Source: Raillietiella orientalis
Lineage: Eukaryota
Reading direction: 5' to 3'
Length of the DNA: 64,000 nucleotides
Assembly: GCA_036172245.1 (NCBI GenBank)
Contig: JAYWIR010000011.1
Location: 3,534,001 to 3,598,000, forward strand
Numbering within the stretch: position 1 is the first letter of the stretch; each line of letters starts with the position of its first letter. Position numbers and translations under genes: made by a program. The notes beneath the pieces are model-generated. The model made no database searches and was not told the DNA's origin. It saw only the letters and a list, made by a program, of their open reading frames with translations. Below, one piece after another: positions 36,710-49,230 of the stretch.

Positions 36710-37115
36710 TTCCGTTTTCCTGCTTTTGGGAAGTCTGCAGTTTGAATCTGCCTTCCTTTGTCTGACGATTCGTAGGGTGAGGGCGAAACGCTCAGAAAGA
36801 ATCCCATTCAGGGAGTTTCTCCCGATGATTCCGGTGCTAGAATAGCGTCTTGGCATCGACAGCTTCAATGGTCACGCATCTGTTACAGATCTTCTAAGGG
36901 GAGGGGGGAAAAAAAAGCCATCCGAAAACATCATATTTTCCTAATAAAGAGTTTCGATCTCTTTTTGTTCCCGTCACATTCCTCTTGCGGTTTTCCCCAG
37001 ATTTTCTAAAACGATGCCCGCCCATTTTCAAATCCGGGACGCAGGCTGTTTTGTTCCTGCTCTCAAAAAAGTCTGCAGTTTGAGACCGTCTTCCGATTTG
37101 TAGAGTGAGAGGAAA
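36710..37115 (-). repeat. Repeat family B, copy 2, with terminal direct redundancy (period 338 bp)
   Basis: Inverted homology to 35253-35520. aagtctgcagtttga...cgattygtagrgtgag occurs at both 36731 and 37069. Confidence 0.9.
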
Positions 37116-37699
37116 ATAGGGAAGAAGCAGAAGAAATGATGGAACGTATGGGAATCTAACCCATGTCAAATTATCAACCAGCCACTCCTAGATAGTGTAA
37201 TTAATGTTCTAAAAAAGATGCTGGTAACGGGAGTAGTTTTGATGGAAATAAAACGAAAGGATGAAAGAGATGAACCATAAATGGCGTGTGGGTCCATCGG
37301 CTTTGCTTTATCTTCCTTTTGATTAGGTGATGGTGCTGAACTTGATTTCTGCATCAAAGAAATCCTTTTGTTACTGAAATTCTTTCCAACAGTTTTTTTG
37401 CTGCCCCGACATGCCGTGGTCCACGCGCACGGCCGCGCTCTGCTCGGTCGGAGACTCGCATCTCGTATATGCTTCTGGACGCTCGAAGGAGCTCGCGCAC
37501 TCGCGTCCCTTCCCATGGTTACTTGAATGAAGATTGAAAGGGGACGAAAAAATAGGAAGATATTCTTGTTCTCTACCTCGGGCTGCTCGAGACATCTTCG
37601 TCCTGATGGACTTCGTTCTGAAGGGGAGCCACTCAATGTCCTGACCGAACCATTCCTACTATCTGTCAGAGCATGTGCTTACGAGCTGATGGCTTCAAC

Positions 37700-39960
37700 G
37701 CTTTCTAAATGTCAAGAACAGAAGGCTCTTCTCGTATCAACGAAGCTTTCATCCTCTTGCACTTCTGGAAGTTTCACGTGCGCTGTTACCCATTAGCCGC
37801 CACCGCATTCCGCTCAGATTTTTCGTATACGGAGAGATATCCCAAGATGAAGATGCAACAAGACGAAAGGACAGCCACCTGCCTGCCTTCCTCAACTGTT
37901 CCTGCTACTTCCAAATGTTCTTCCATTATGAATGGCTACATGCAGTGTTTCTCAGTGCATATCCCGGGAATGCCGCATGCTCACCGCTTCCTTTCTGAGT
38001 CTCTCTTCCGGAAATCTACAGTTCTCCCAACGCTTCATCATTTCCTGGATCCGCGATCCCGAAAATCCTACCACAACTGCTCCTACCGTAGTGGACAGTT
38101 CTTTGGAGTCAGTGCTCAGGACCAGTCCATGGTAGTTGCTCACCTGCTTCTGCCTTTCCAGCATAGTTGGTGAATATTAACCGAGGCAAGCGAGGTCCAC
38201 CTTCCCTTGTCCTGAAGCACTGTCCTTGAATTCGCCACTGGGATGGCCTGCCTTGTGGCCAACAGCTTCCACTGGATCAGCGTCACCAGCTCACCGTGAC
38301 CCCACCTCGGTCCTTGTCTCGCTGTCGGTGCATCTGTTAAGAATGTCACCCAGCGATGCTGCTCATCTCCACATCTTCAGCACAGGAAATCCGCTCTCTC
38401 CTAGGTGGACGATGCTCTCGCAGGCGGAAGGTCGAGTCGCTTGGTGCGGGAGAATTCGTAATTTGCGAACCAAGGGTGTCTTGGGTTGAACCCCGCTGCT
38501 GCCCAAATATGGAAATGATCATCCCTCGATCCTATTGCCTCCCTTCCTCCTTGCTCTGCATCATGCATAATGTTGAGGCGATTCCCTTTCTCATTTGCGC
38601 GCCCATCGTTGAGCCCCAAGTGTTCCCACTGGTTTTTCCCTCGTAAGCATCCATCCTGCCTCCATCCTTCCAAGAGCTTGTTACCCTTCGTCCAGTGCCC
38701 ACGACGTTCGCTGCCGAGTCTATTCCCCTTTGCCGTCGATCCCTGCGGACGCAGAGTCCCGAAATTTCTGTCCCTTGTCCGTGCTTGCAGCCGCCTTTTC
38801 GTCACAGGATGCAACGCCCTCGGTATAAATCTTGCACTGCGGGATCTTGAGGGGATCAGCAGTTTGAAACAGCTGCCAGCCTCATTCTTCCTGTTCCATC
38901 CAGCAGGTGCATCGAGGGTTTCCGCTTAACTGGATCAGGATTGACTGATCGGGAATCTCCTGGGCATCAGCAGCAGCAAGATTGCCTCCACTTGCTCTGC
39001 CGTTTAGGACTGGCTCCCCAAAACGTGCAATGCCGACATACATAGTCTATCGAGTGGAAATGTCTCATCCAATCCGATGCGCTAATTTTTTCAGTGGGAA
39101 GGAAATTTTTCCTTGTGCAATCCGATGAATGGAACGTTACTAAGCTGCAGCATGGGGCGCCAACTTAGAACAAGGGATCTTTCTAATTTTCTGGTTTCCA
39201 AGGACGCCTCATCATGGCAGTGATTATCAAAAATTCCCAAGTATTGCGTAGTCCATGCTATTAAGGGGAATTTCGCTTCACTGTGCATCTCTGGAGAGCC
39301 TGAAGACGCACAAGACTCTATGGATGTTGGGGTCGTTTTCTGGAAGTAGGGAAGAGTTCCTCTGCAGTCCGCTAATCGAGGGACGAAATCTTTTCTGCCT
39401 GCCTTCATGTGCTTTGAGACCGTGCTCATCGCAAGAAACCTCTGGCCTAGGATAGCTTATTACCTGTCACAAATGCAACCCCAGTTTTTTGTTTTTGTTT
39501 TTTTTCTCACCTCTTTCCTTCTCCCTTCTTCCGGTTTCGAATAAGGATTTCTGATTTCAAACGCATCGGTGTACATTGCTGCACACACGCATTGGACACT
39601 AGTGAAGCTCAGCACCATCTCAGATTTCTTCCTCAGAACTACTCCTCCAGGAATGAATCTGATGCACGCGTCTCAGCTGATCGATTGGTGGGATGCGATG
39701 TGCATTCCAGAGGAAGGTGATGTCCCCACCTGACTTTCCGACTGCTGTAGACTGCTGTTTAAGAATAGAACACTCACTGTTAAGAGGGACAGAATGTGCT
39801 TGTTCTTCGGATAAATTGTTCCTGGAATGGCTACCAAGGAATGATTAAGAACTTCAGATGGTGATGACTTACCAGGGTCCATAGGGAGACAAAGGAACCG
39901 TATGCTCGAAGCTGACGTACATCCTTCACGTGCACTAGTGTCCCTGAAGGCATCCACAAT
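37700..39960 (-). pseudogene. Possible decayed TIR-ankyrin-NACHT-like gene, antisense within an intron
   Basis: TIR-like: DAF...FLCLPMDPG...ILSLL...FLNS...SE (39700-39957). Ankyrin-like: SALHVL..EQVEAILL, PSMHLL, NIMHDAEQG, FHIWAAAG (38500-39045). NACHT-like: IVHLGESG, LVLSTDS...VVGFSGSRIQEMMK (38040-38420). Many stops and frameshifts, and the Walker A lysine is absent. Confidence 0.35.
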
Positions 39961-40752
39961 AAAGGAAACCGATTTATTTTTCCAGCTGTCTGATCCACAG
40001 AGTGTTGGACAAACCTTCAGTGATTTCGGTTTGAGCGTTCCCTGATCGCCGACCCGGAAGCTGCAGTCACGTGTCTACCTTAGAAATAGCACACGTGGCC
40101 ACTTTTCCGCTGAAAGAAAATTCTCGTAAAGATCGTAAATGCATCAGTCGAGGGAATCCGTCTGCCTTTCTGAAATGCCGGGAAAAAATGACTGAAATAG
40201 GGAAAATGCTGTCACAAAGAACACTGACGCTTCAGGAACTCAAGAGATTCTCAGTCTCTCTTTTTGACTTTAACCTTCAAGGTTGCCTATGGAGTCCTGT
40301 TCACTGCATTCGAAGGCAAACCACCGGAGCACTCGCAGTATCCACAGTGCATGCATCAGCGTTTCACACTCAGATAGGTCTCTAAGGAGATGTAGGTGCT
40401 CGAACTGCACAGCGGAAGCCACATCTCGAGACAGTTGCCATGTTTTCCCGGGATAGGTGTCCACAAATCCGCCCTCCTCTGCTTGCGACATCTGCGTTTT
40501 CACGGAAAAAACGCAGATGCTTCTTGTTGAGGGTCACTGGTCCATATGAGCTGCTCCTCTAGCGGTTGGTGCTCCTGTCAGCATAATTCCGAAAATTACG
40601 GTTGCGGCGAAACGCAACCTCAAGCCAAAATGTTAGCCGATCGATCGAATACTCGGAAATAAGCAGCAAGGACAACTGTTGCTCAACTGAAATAAATTCA
40701 CTGCATTGTTCCTCATATCTGATCTTCTCTTTCTTTCTGTTACTTGTTACAG

Positions 40753-41854
40753 GAAAGAAAAGGAAGTGCCCGCCGTACTGGATCACTTGTCGGCGAAGTC
40801 CTTCGATGACCTGTACTCCGCGGTCTTGAGCAACAAACTGGACGCAGTGAAGCGCATACTGCACAAAAGGTGCGACCTCATCGAGAAGACCAGCAGTTTC
40901 TTTCGGGTTTTCGAGGAAATTTCGGGATGTCCGTCGACAGGCAACTCGCCAAAGCTCCCGGTTTTGCAAGCAGATCTTCCGGAAGCGCATGATTCGCCCC
41001 ATGGGGAAAAGCACGGCGCCGACGAAAACTCTCTCTTCAAGAATGCCTGGCTTAGCGAGGAGCAGCTCTCTGACGACAGCCAAGGAGTTCCGTGGAGCAA
41101 CCACTTCCCTCCGCTGCATCCCCTGAACCGAAGGATCCCAGCGGATCCACAGCCATCCCCCATCAAACGCACCCCATCGTATCAGGCAGCTGTGAACAAC
41201 GTTGCGCTGGAGTTCCCCCTACCCAGCAGTCCCCAGTCTCCGGTTGCCGAGAGCTCAGTTCATCTACACATGAATCCTGATCTCGCTTCTTCCCTCCTGA
41301 CTGTAGGCTGTCACGAAGACGGCCGCCGTCTGACGTTCCAAGACGTCTACACCTCTGTCCATCTCTACCAGATCTCTCCTTTATTTTTAAGTGTAGTGAA
41401 AGGGCACCACTTGATCGTGGAAACGCTCCTGGAGTGCGGATTTGATCCCAATGAGGTGGATCAATACGGAAACAGTCCTCTCCACGTGTGTCTGTGCCAG
41501 GCGAAGTTTTCTAGAGAGTGCGCGTTGTTGCTTCTAGCGTGGGGAGGCCGCATATTCCTCAAGAATAACAACGGATGTACCCCCTATGCCTTGCAGCCGG
41601 AGATCCAAGATCTCCAGCTACTTTTGATCTCCAGCTGCTTCACCCGATTTCACAGCCACCCCTTGTCCAACGACGACGACTGTTTTTTCAACAGGAACGA
41701 TAGCATCACTACCGGTAACCTCAAGACAATTCTGCAAGGTTCCGGTTTGAGCGAGCAGACACACCGAAGGAGGGGTTCCTCAAACGCGGAGGACAAAATG
41801 CCAATGCACTGCCAGCTCCACTGTCTTGCGACCTGTCATCCTTTGATGTGCAAG
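40753..41854 (+). CDS. Large internal coding exon of a multi-exon ankyrin-repeat protein gene
   Basis: Lies inside the longest ORF of the window (40706-41863). Pyrimidine-rich acceptor tctctttctttctgttacttgttacAG|G at 40751-40752 and donor AAG|GTAAGA at 41855. Encodes ankyrin-like repeats: DDLYSAVLSNKLDAVKRIL, ISPLFLSVVKGHHLIVETLLECGFDPNEVDQYGNSPLHVCL, ALLLLAWGGRIFLKNNNGCTP. Starts phase 2, ends phase 0. Confidence 0.92.
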
Positions 41855-44539
41855 GTAAGATGATTCTTTCGGAAAGGAGGGATCCTTTGTCTGAATTGCG
41901 CCGAACTCTGAGGTTGAAAAGTAGGACGGCATTGCGCCTGTGACCTAAAAGACGCAGGCACTTTAGCCGGAATACAACAAGTTTCCATGTTGGGTCACAG
42001 TGCGTGAAAGAAACGAACCATTTTTCCCTTAACCGAAGGGAAAGAGACAGCTGCAGTCCGCCCGTGGGAGCAGCACATTCTGGCGCACCGTGTTGGACAC
42101 ATAGTATTCCAGGGTGCTGCTCTTCGAAGCTTCGCAGAGGTTCAGCGTGCTAACTCGGTGCTGCTGTCGCTACCCTGCCTTGCGTTCTCGAAGTCATCGG
42201 TGCTGCTCGTTAGGAGCCCATCGTGAACTGACGCGGAATGTTGACGCAGTAACAGTTGGTGCTGCTGCCGATGCCAAGAAGCAATCCGACTCTTGGTGCT
42301 GGCTGAGTTGCTGGGCATCTTTCAGCGCAGTTTGAGAGAAAGTCATTCGCTGCAGATGAATGGGGTGCGGAAAGACAAAAGAAGGACGATTGGCCGCTGA
42401 GTCCACTGCGATCCACTGTCGTTGCGCGGCTCTGATCGATGAGAGCAGATGCACTTCGCAGCTGAGGCTTGTACTCGAGAAGTTTCAAGTTCTGAAAGGA
42501 GTTCCGTAACCACTGACAGTTCACTTTAGTGGCGGCCGATCTTCACCACCAGTGGTGCTATTTACTTTGGAGAACAAAACGAGGTGTGCCTGCTTGTGCT
42601 GTTGATGGATCCTGACCTTCATGGGTAGCGTGGCGTGCCCTCGATTTTTGCTACACGAAAACCAGCTTCTCGGTCCGTCGAGTGAATTTCGAAATGGCAA
42701 GAGAAGCCGTTAGAGGAGCAGCAGCATGGCACGGCAGCACCGCAGATCTCCAGAGGAAAGCTTTCGGAGCTCACTAGCGTTCTCACTAGCATTCGAGAAC
42801 ATTCGCTCACTTTCATTTCTTCCCTTTTGTTTAATTTTTCCAACGCACCGCTGCAAAAGCCATGATAATTCGCTCCCATCTCGCGAAGCATCTGTCTTTC
42901 GTAATGTTTCTTGCACCCTCCTCTGAGCGGCCGACGTACTTTAATGCTCATGTTTACATCATCTTTGAGCATATTTGGCCGCTTTCGGCTCGTCGGTTTC
43001 ACTGCTCGGAGCAGCGGGGAACAAAGCGCTTCTGCGGGATGACATATCTGGATTCCCCTGACTGGATTTCGCTGCGTGTCCTTCCCGGCCGACAGCGCAA
43101 CGTTTTGTCAACGTGAACTTAATCAAAACCTCCGACTTTTATCTTAAACTATCCATCATGACGTCATCACTTCATTCCGATGCGCTGCCGAACTCGAGTT
43201 TCATTGCCAACACATGAAAATGTCGCTTCCTCCTGCTGTGCATTGGATGCCACCGGAGAGGCCCTTGATCCACGACTGCCGGATCGGCTCATGAATAAAG
43301 ATTTCGGGGAGGAAGGGGTTGGCTCAGTATCGAAACCAATACCGGTTTTATCGAGAGTCTTTCGGCAGGAAACATCCCACGCGCTGATTCTGCCTAGAAT
43401 TCCCGTTCCACGAGAGCGGGAGGTAGAAAAAAACAGGAAGGCAAAAAAAAAAAAAATACACCCGCTGCCGGAGGTTGAATGCGACGACCCAGTGCTGTGA
43501 CCTGGTGTGAGCCTGCGGGAAAAAATGGTCAGTGCTCGGGGTGCCGACTGGTTCGGGGTCGCCTCGAGTTTCCAAGCTCGAACGTCCCGTTCTCGACCTT
43601 CCCACGGGAATCTCCACCGGATGTTGTTCCGGTAAACTCTTCAGCCATCTGAATCTCATCGGTGCTCCAGTGCTGATTCCAGTTAAGATCTGAGAGAGCA
43701 CGAGACCCGGCTCCACGCCGCCGCAGAATCGTTCTTGCGTCGCCACAAGATTTTCTTCCTTTCTTTTCTTTTCCTTTTTTTTTATAATCCAGAAGATACC
43801 TTGATCGCGTTTCGAGATGCAGCATCTGCTGGTCATCCAAAAATCGCGCGTGCGAAAAACGACGAATTCGAAATGATGGAGGGGATGGAGAAGAAAGCAT
43901 GAAAAGGGACCGGAAGCATCTTTTTTTTAATTCGTATATATACGTGAAAGAAAGGAAAGCACATCTCCCGAGAAACGGCAATCTCAGCAAAGTTCTGGAA
44001 CGGGGGCAAATGAATGATCAAAGAATGATGCTGCGGATACGTGGACCGTCCAACTTGGCAACCACAAGAATCGATCCTACATATTGAATAAGGCAACGTT
44101 CCAAGGAAATTGCATCTCCAGTGGACCATCTGTTCATGACAAACTCGGAAGAGTTTTCTTGCACTTTCCAAGAGTCATGCTGAGTGGACGAGGAGGAGGA
44201 GGAGGGTGCACCCCTCTCATCTGCTTTCTCAGCGAACAGCTAAAGAACACGATGGAGATGCGCGCGTGAAACCTCTCCGAGTTTCAATCAGCGGGACAGG
44301 CGAGCCATTTCTTCCCGGAGCCTCAGCAGCAACACTTCATCTTTCTTTTCGTTGGTCGTCATCGAGCATCCCGGCTGCTTTATTTTTGCGAATTTCCTTT
44401 CTTTGCTGTGGCGCGGCAGTTTCGACGTCTCGTCGGCTGAGGGTCTAGATGAAAGGGCGACTCAGGTTTCTGCTTCAGGCTTTTTCGAGCGCCTCACTGG
44501 TTCCACAACAGCCCTGCAAACGTAAGATGCTTCCAAAGT

Positions 44540-45900
44540 TGCCGTCCGAGGCGGCTGGGACATCCATCGGCTGGACTCTCTCCGAACGACCAGGCACGGG
44601 TCCCTAGAAGACCACGCCTGTCCGGATATCCAAGAGGCAGACCTGACCCGGCAGTTGCAAACCCCGGCGCCCCGAGTGGAAGACAGAGGGTTCGAATCGC
44701 GGAGGTTTTGGGCGTCCCCCGTCCTCCCTGCGGAAGAGGCTAGCGTGCCGACCAACAAAGACGAACCTGGACCTTTAGAGGAAGCGGGGATGCCTGCAGA
44801 AGATCCCTGTCCCTTCCATTTCTATGTAATCCAGAACCCTTTGAATAACGAATGGCACGTTTCTGATCTTTCGTCTTGTTCACTGGTCCTGCCTTGGCGC
44901 CGAGGTGTCCGGCGGCTTCCCGATCTCAGGAAGCTGCCGCTGTGGTTTCCGAAAGCATCCACTTCCTCTGATCTTCCACACAAGAAAATTTCAACGCGGT
45001 GAGACAGAACGCCCCTCTCCGCTAAAGTGCCTCGCCCCACCCTGAGGAAAGTCCCTCCCGGCTCTAATGGTGTGCATTCTCGCTGCTGTCTCCGAAACAC
45101 CGATGGGGATTTCAGGGAGGGAATGCAGCTGCATGAGGAAACGTACCGTAGCTCCGAAGAAACGATATTAACATGTGCCTTCCCGGAATCCAACTGCCGT
45201 CCCTCCCAGGAACGCCTTTTACCGCTGTTTCCCCGAGTTCAAAGCTCCGAGAATCCTGCTTGGGGAGCCGGACGCATTCTGCACCGCTCAAGGATTTCTC
45301 AGCAGACGTATCCGAGCAGCCGGGATCATCCTCTTCATTTGGAATTCACCGCCGGCGTCGTTTCTGAATTTTGCATGCCTCCTCTTCGGGATTTTCGGAT
45401 TTCTGCTCCAAAATCACCGGATTTTTTTTTTTTTCTTTCCTTCCCCTGGATTCTGCATGCAAACTTCCAAGGTGCTTCGGAGGGATTTCCAAGCCTCTCC
45501 ACGGCGCCAGGGTCCCTCCCTTCTTTCCGGAGGGCCTCGATCTTCGAAAGCCGCGAGCAGGTCACGTGATCGAAAAATCGTCGGGAACAGCAGCGTCCCC
45601 GTCGCTTTTGCCTCGGATATTCCCAGATGTCGTGCGCGCTGCTGGGATCCGTTCGCCGCAAGGCAGGCGCTCTACGGAATTCCTCGGCAAGGCTTCTCAA
45701 GAACCCGCGCTCATCAGCGTTCGGAGCCGTGGAGGAGAGGAACGTCTGCCGAGCCCCTCCCTCGACGTGTGGAGCTCGAAATTTTCGAGCTCGGGAGGCA
45801 TCTCCTCGCTGCTGCTCGGAGCCCGAGCTGCGGAATAATTTAGAAATTTCGTTCCTCCGTCCACTCGGCACGCGGCAGTTTTTCCAGCCAAGAGGACTTG
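44540..45900 (+). mobile_element. Decayed L1/Tx1-like ORF2 (endonuclease end to RT)
   Basis: HRLD...EDH (cf. RLD...SDH), AFYRCFPEFKAPRIL...GFLSRRIRAAGIILFI, SFLN, LDLRK and GIPRQG, in correct order. Confidence 0.55.
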
Positions 45901-47519
45901 TCCGAGGAGGGGCATGGAAGATTCAGAGGTCTCGTACGGGCCAGTCGACAAGACATTGCCATGGACACGATGAGTTATTGATTTGGCCGCCGACAGGGCT
46001 GTAGAGGGAATGGATCCATCCTTCAATCTTAAAACGAAACTTCAACCTTAAAGCGGATTAGAGGTCCGCGGAAGGTGGATGAGCGATGGTGGCGCGGATC
46101 CGGTCGCCAAGCGTTCTTGAGTCGGGAGTAGGTAGCGGGTGGATTTCGTACGAGCGCGTTTCGAAATCGCACCGACTTGTGACACGCGGCAGGAGGTCAC
46201 GGTCAACGCGGGTCATGATTTTAGCACTCCACGTTTATGTATGTGGCCTGGGAAGATGACTGAACTTGTGTTTTTGCTGCTGGTGGTCACTGCTGCGTAG
46301 CATGCAGTGCATCTGTTCTAATAACGAATGATCCATCAATTAATATAGTGCATGTACATGGCTTCAGTCATCTTGCCCAACGCTTATATTCGTGTCCTCA
46401 AAGGAGAAATACGACTTTGTTTATTAATACCCTCGAGGTACACTGTGCATCTTGAAACGTAACATGGAAGTGACACGAATGACGAAAACTTTAATTTAGG
46501 GAACACTGCTAATCTAATTGATGGAAAAACTTTGGACCACGTGATGTTGCATACATACGAGAGCTACTTACGAGATCAGAAGACTTTACCTCCGGATTTT
46601 TCGCTGAAATCGCGAACGATATGAAAATGAACGGCACGGAAGCGGGAGAGATGCCGGCTCTCTCTCGAGGGCTAGCATCACAGGGGGATGTGCATCCGAT
46701 CTTGGCTTACCTCAGACTCCGCTCTTTGGCACGGAACGCAATTCGCAGATTGAATTTTGCGTTGGACTCTACAGTGCAGCGCGAGCCTCGTGAGGCAGTG
46801 TTGGTTCTTAGCACCCCAGCCGAAACTCGATAGCAACCCGAGATGGTGACTGTTTTCTTCGGTTTCTTAGCAGCTCAACACTGACAACGGTATTCATTGG
46901 CACGGGAAACTTGTTACCCGGACAACGCCCCTATGGCCGAACTAAAGCAATCTGACTGCTCTCAAGAAAGAGTCGCTCTGACTATTGACATCTAGATAGG
47001 AAAGCAAGAGGTAGATGCAACATCGAAACAGATGCAACATCTCACGGCAGAGTGCAAATGCACACTATGCTCAAAGGATTTGCACAAGATGAGGGAACGG
47101 TTTTTCACTCGTCTTCCTACTAATTCCATGGGTTGTTCGATCGAACCCTCCTCGTTGTTTCCATCCTGCTTGCCGTCGCGCATGGTGGCTGCTCTCGAAG
47201 ACTGCGGTTCCCTTTAGTGCGTCTTAGCCCTTCCCACTGTCCGCATCGGCAAAGCTGCTAAGCTCTCCATCTTTTTGCAAGGGAGTTTTTTTTTTTTTTT
47301 CTGACCACTGAATTTGACAGTGCAAGAGCGGAATAGGGAGCGGTTCCGCGACCAGTAGTGCCACAATAAAAATTCCGTCGCGTTTTTGCGGAGGAGGTCG
47401 AGTTCAGAAACACGGGAAAGAAGGATCCAGCATTAGTCTGGAGAGCAACCATGCGGCGCTGGAGGGTTTGGCAACTCCGAGTTTCGACTGTCTGCGAGGT
47501 GCCTGCTCTGCAGGACTCT

Positions 47520-47910
47520 TAGAAAACAGGCAGTCCAGCAGGCCAGCACTGTTGCTTTCTCTCCCATCCCTCCTCATCTTTAGAGAATCCGCTGTGTGTA
47601 TTTTTCCTTTCTTTTTTTTCTTCCACCGCCTTTGGGGGTTTAGGGATCACCTTTGCTCGCTTTGCTCTCCTCAACCATGCACCGAAGCTACGGGCCTGAA
47701 AAGAGTGCCGCCTATCGTGCCATCAACAAGAAACACGCAGCGACCCCGACTTCCTTCCAAGGTCCATCTCCGTCCTGCTTCTACGAGGAGCTTTCCTCGC
47801 CCTTTTTCTCTTGAACTGCTTAGTCGCTTCCATTTTGCCGTCGTTCATTTCCTTGACGACCCCAGCACGACTCTAGGAACAAAGAAATCCCTCCCCTTCC
47901 AGTGCCTTTA
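47520..47910 (+). mobile_element. Decayed LINE RT fragment
   Basis: ORF 47468-47911 reads ALLLSL...FFFF.RLWGF...FSLELL...HFLDD (YADD-like). Confidence 0.35.
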
Positions 47911-48599
47911 AGGGGACTCCAAGGAGTGGAAACGCGTCCTCAGAATTTGGAGTAGGTAGTAGGACTCCGCCCCGCCTAAAGGCCGATCTTGGGAAAGGCT
48001 CTATTTGGAGGAGGGAGGGGAGTAGCGGAGAACTGTAACGCGTTGTTCCCTGCAGTCAATCTCGGATAGCTTTTGGCCCCTGGCACTGTGCATTGCGCAA
48101 AGAGCACACCTGAAAGAGAGGTCAGAGGTTTTCCTGAGGTTATGAGAGGATGAGGACAGGAGGGAGAGGGAGCGCTGCGTTTTCTACCGGCGGAAAGGCT
48201 CCTCCAGGGTGCTTGCTGTTCTCCTTTCCTCCCCAAAAGGGCGGCTTCCTTCCCCTTAGTCGATTAGCCTGATTCCCTAGCGGACGCTGGCATCTTCAGT
48301 AGGCTGGCAGCATGGATCCCAATCCCGGGAAGGGAACCGTGCTTGATTTTATGGCGCCGAGTGATTCAGCGAATCCGGGAACGGCTGCCGCGCTTTCCGC
48401 GGAGATACCAGAGGCCCGTTGCCTCCGGGCTGGAGGAACCTCGCGCGATCAAAAACTCCGTTCGGGGGATGAGCGCACTCGAACGCGGTCCCAAGGGCTC
48501 TCGGAACCTGAACGGCGCAAAAGAGGGGGAGAGAAGCACTTTTATCTATGCTGAAATAGAGACCTCAGACTGAGGTGCCACCGACGGAGTCGGGTGGTT

Positions 48600-49230
48600 G
48601 AAAGAACCCACTGTCTGTGGATCCTCTGGGCGTCTCAGAGCCACACTGAAGCTGCCAGTACATCCACACCTCTGTGGACAAGAATACAAGTACCTTCAAG
48701 GTTCGTCGAGAGGATTCGATCAGCATAGGGAGTTTTCCCACGTGTTCTCCTGTTTTCCTAAAAGATGCGTGCATCCTTCGAATCTGGCGATCTCACGCAG
48801 AACCCTCAGGCAGTGCCCGGAATCCCCTGCTCCCAATTTCGGATGATAGCGCTCTTCGGATCGGAGGGACAAGATGGTTCCCCTTCTCAGTTTGGGGCAT
48901 TGCTAAAGCAATTCGGAACAGAGGGGAGCCAAAAACGCGCCTTAAAGAAGTTCAAGTGCTTCGAGGAATGCTTCGGGTTTGAGAACCAACACCTTTCGGA
49001 GTGAGTTCCCATTCTACGGCGGCTTCCTGCGTCTCGCCTGCTTGGTTCATCTAGCCCAAGAGAAGACTTAGCTGCTTCCACGTTCTGCAAGTCAATCCTG
49101 CACAAAGGCGTTCCAAGAGTTCGAAGGTGCTTGAAGTTTTGCCCGCAGAGGTGAGGATGCAAGCACTGGCAGCTTGGCTGATCCTGAAGAGAGGATGGAT
49201 CTGCATCAAACCTAAGATTGAGAAGTCACG
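48600..49230. mobile_element. LINE RT-like fragment bounded by a diverged inverted repeat
   Basis: Plus frame reads IGSFPTC...LKDACILRIWR...LLPIS and CFGFENQH (cf. G.FP..WK.A...PI.K...RPIS; QFGFR). 48651-48700 is similar to the reverse complement of 49121-49176. Confidence 0.45.

Noticed and set aside
40706..41863. Single-exon 385-aa gene
   Set aside because: The ORF begins at a non-ATG codon inside a polypyrimidine tract and ends just after a GTAAGA donor, so it is an internal exon.
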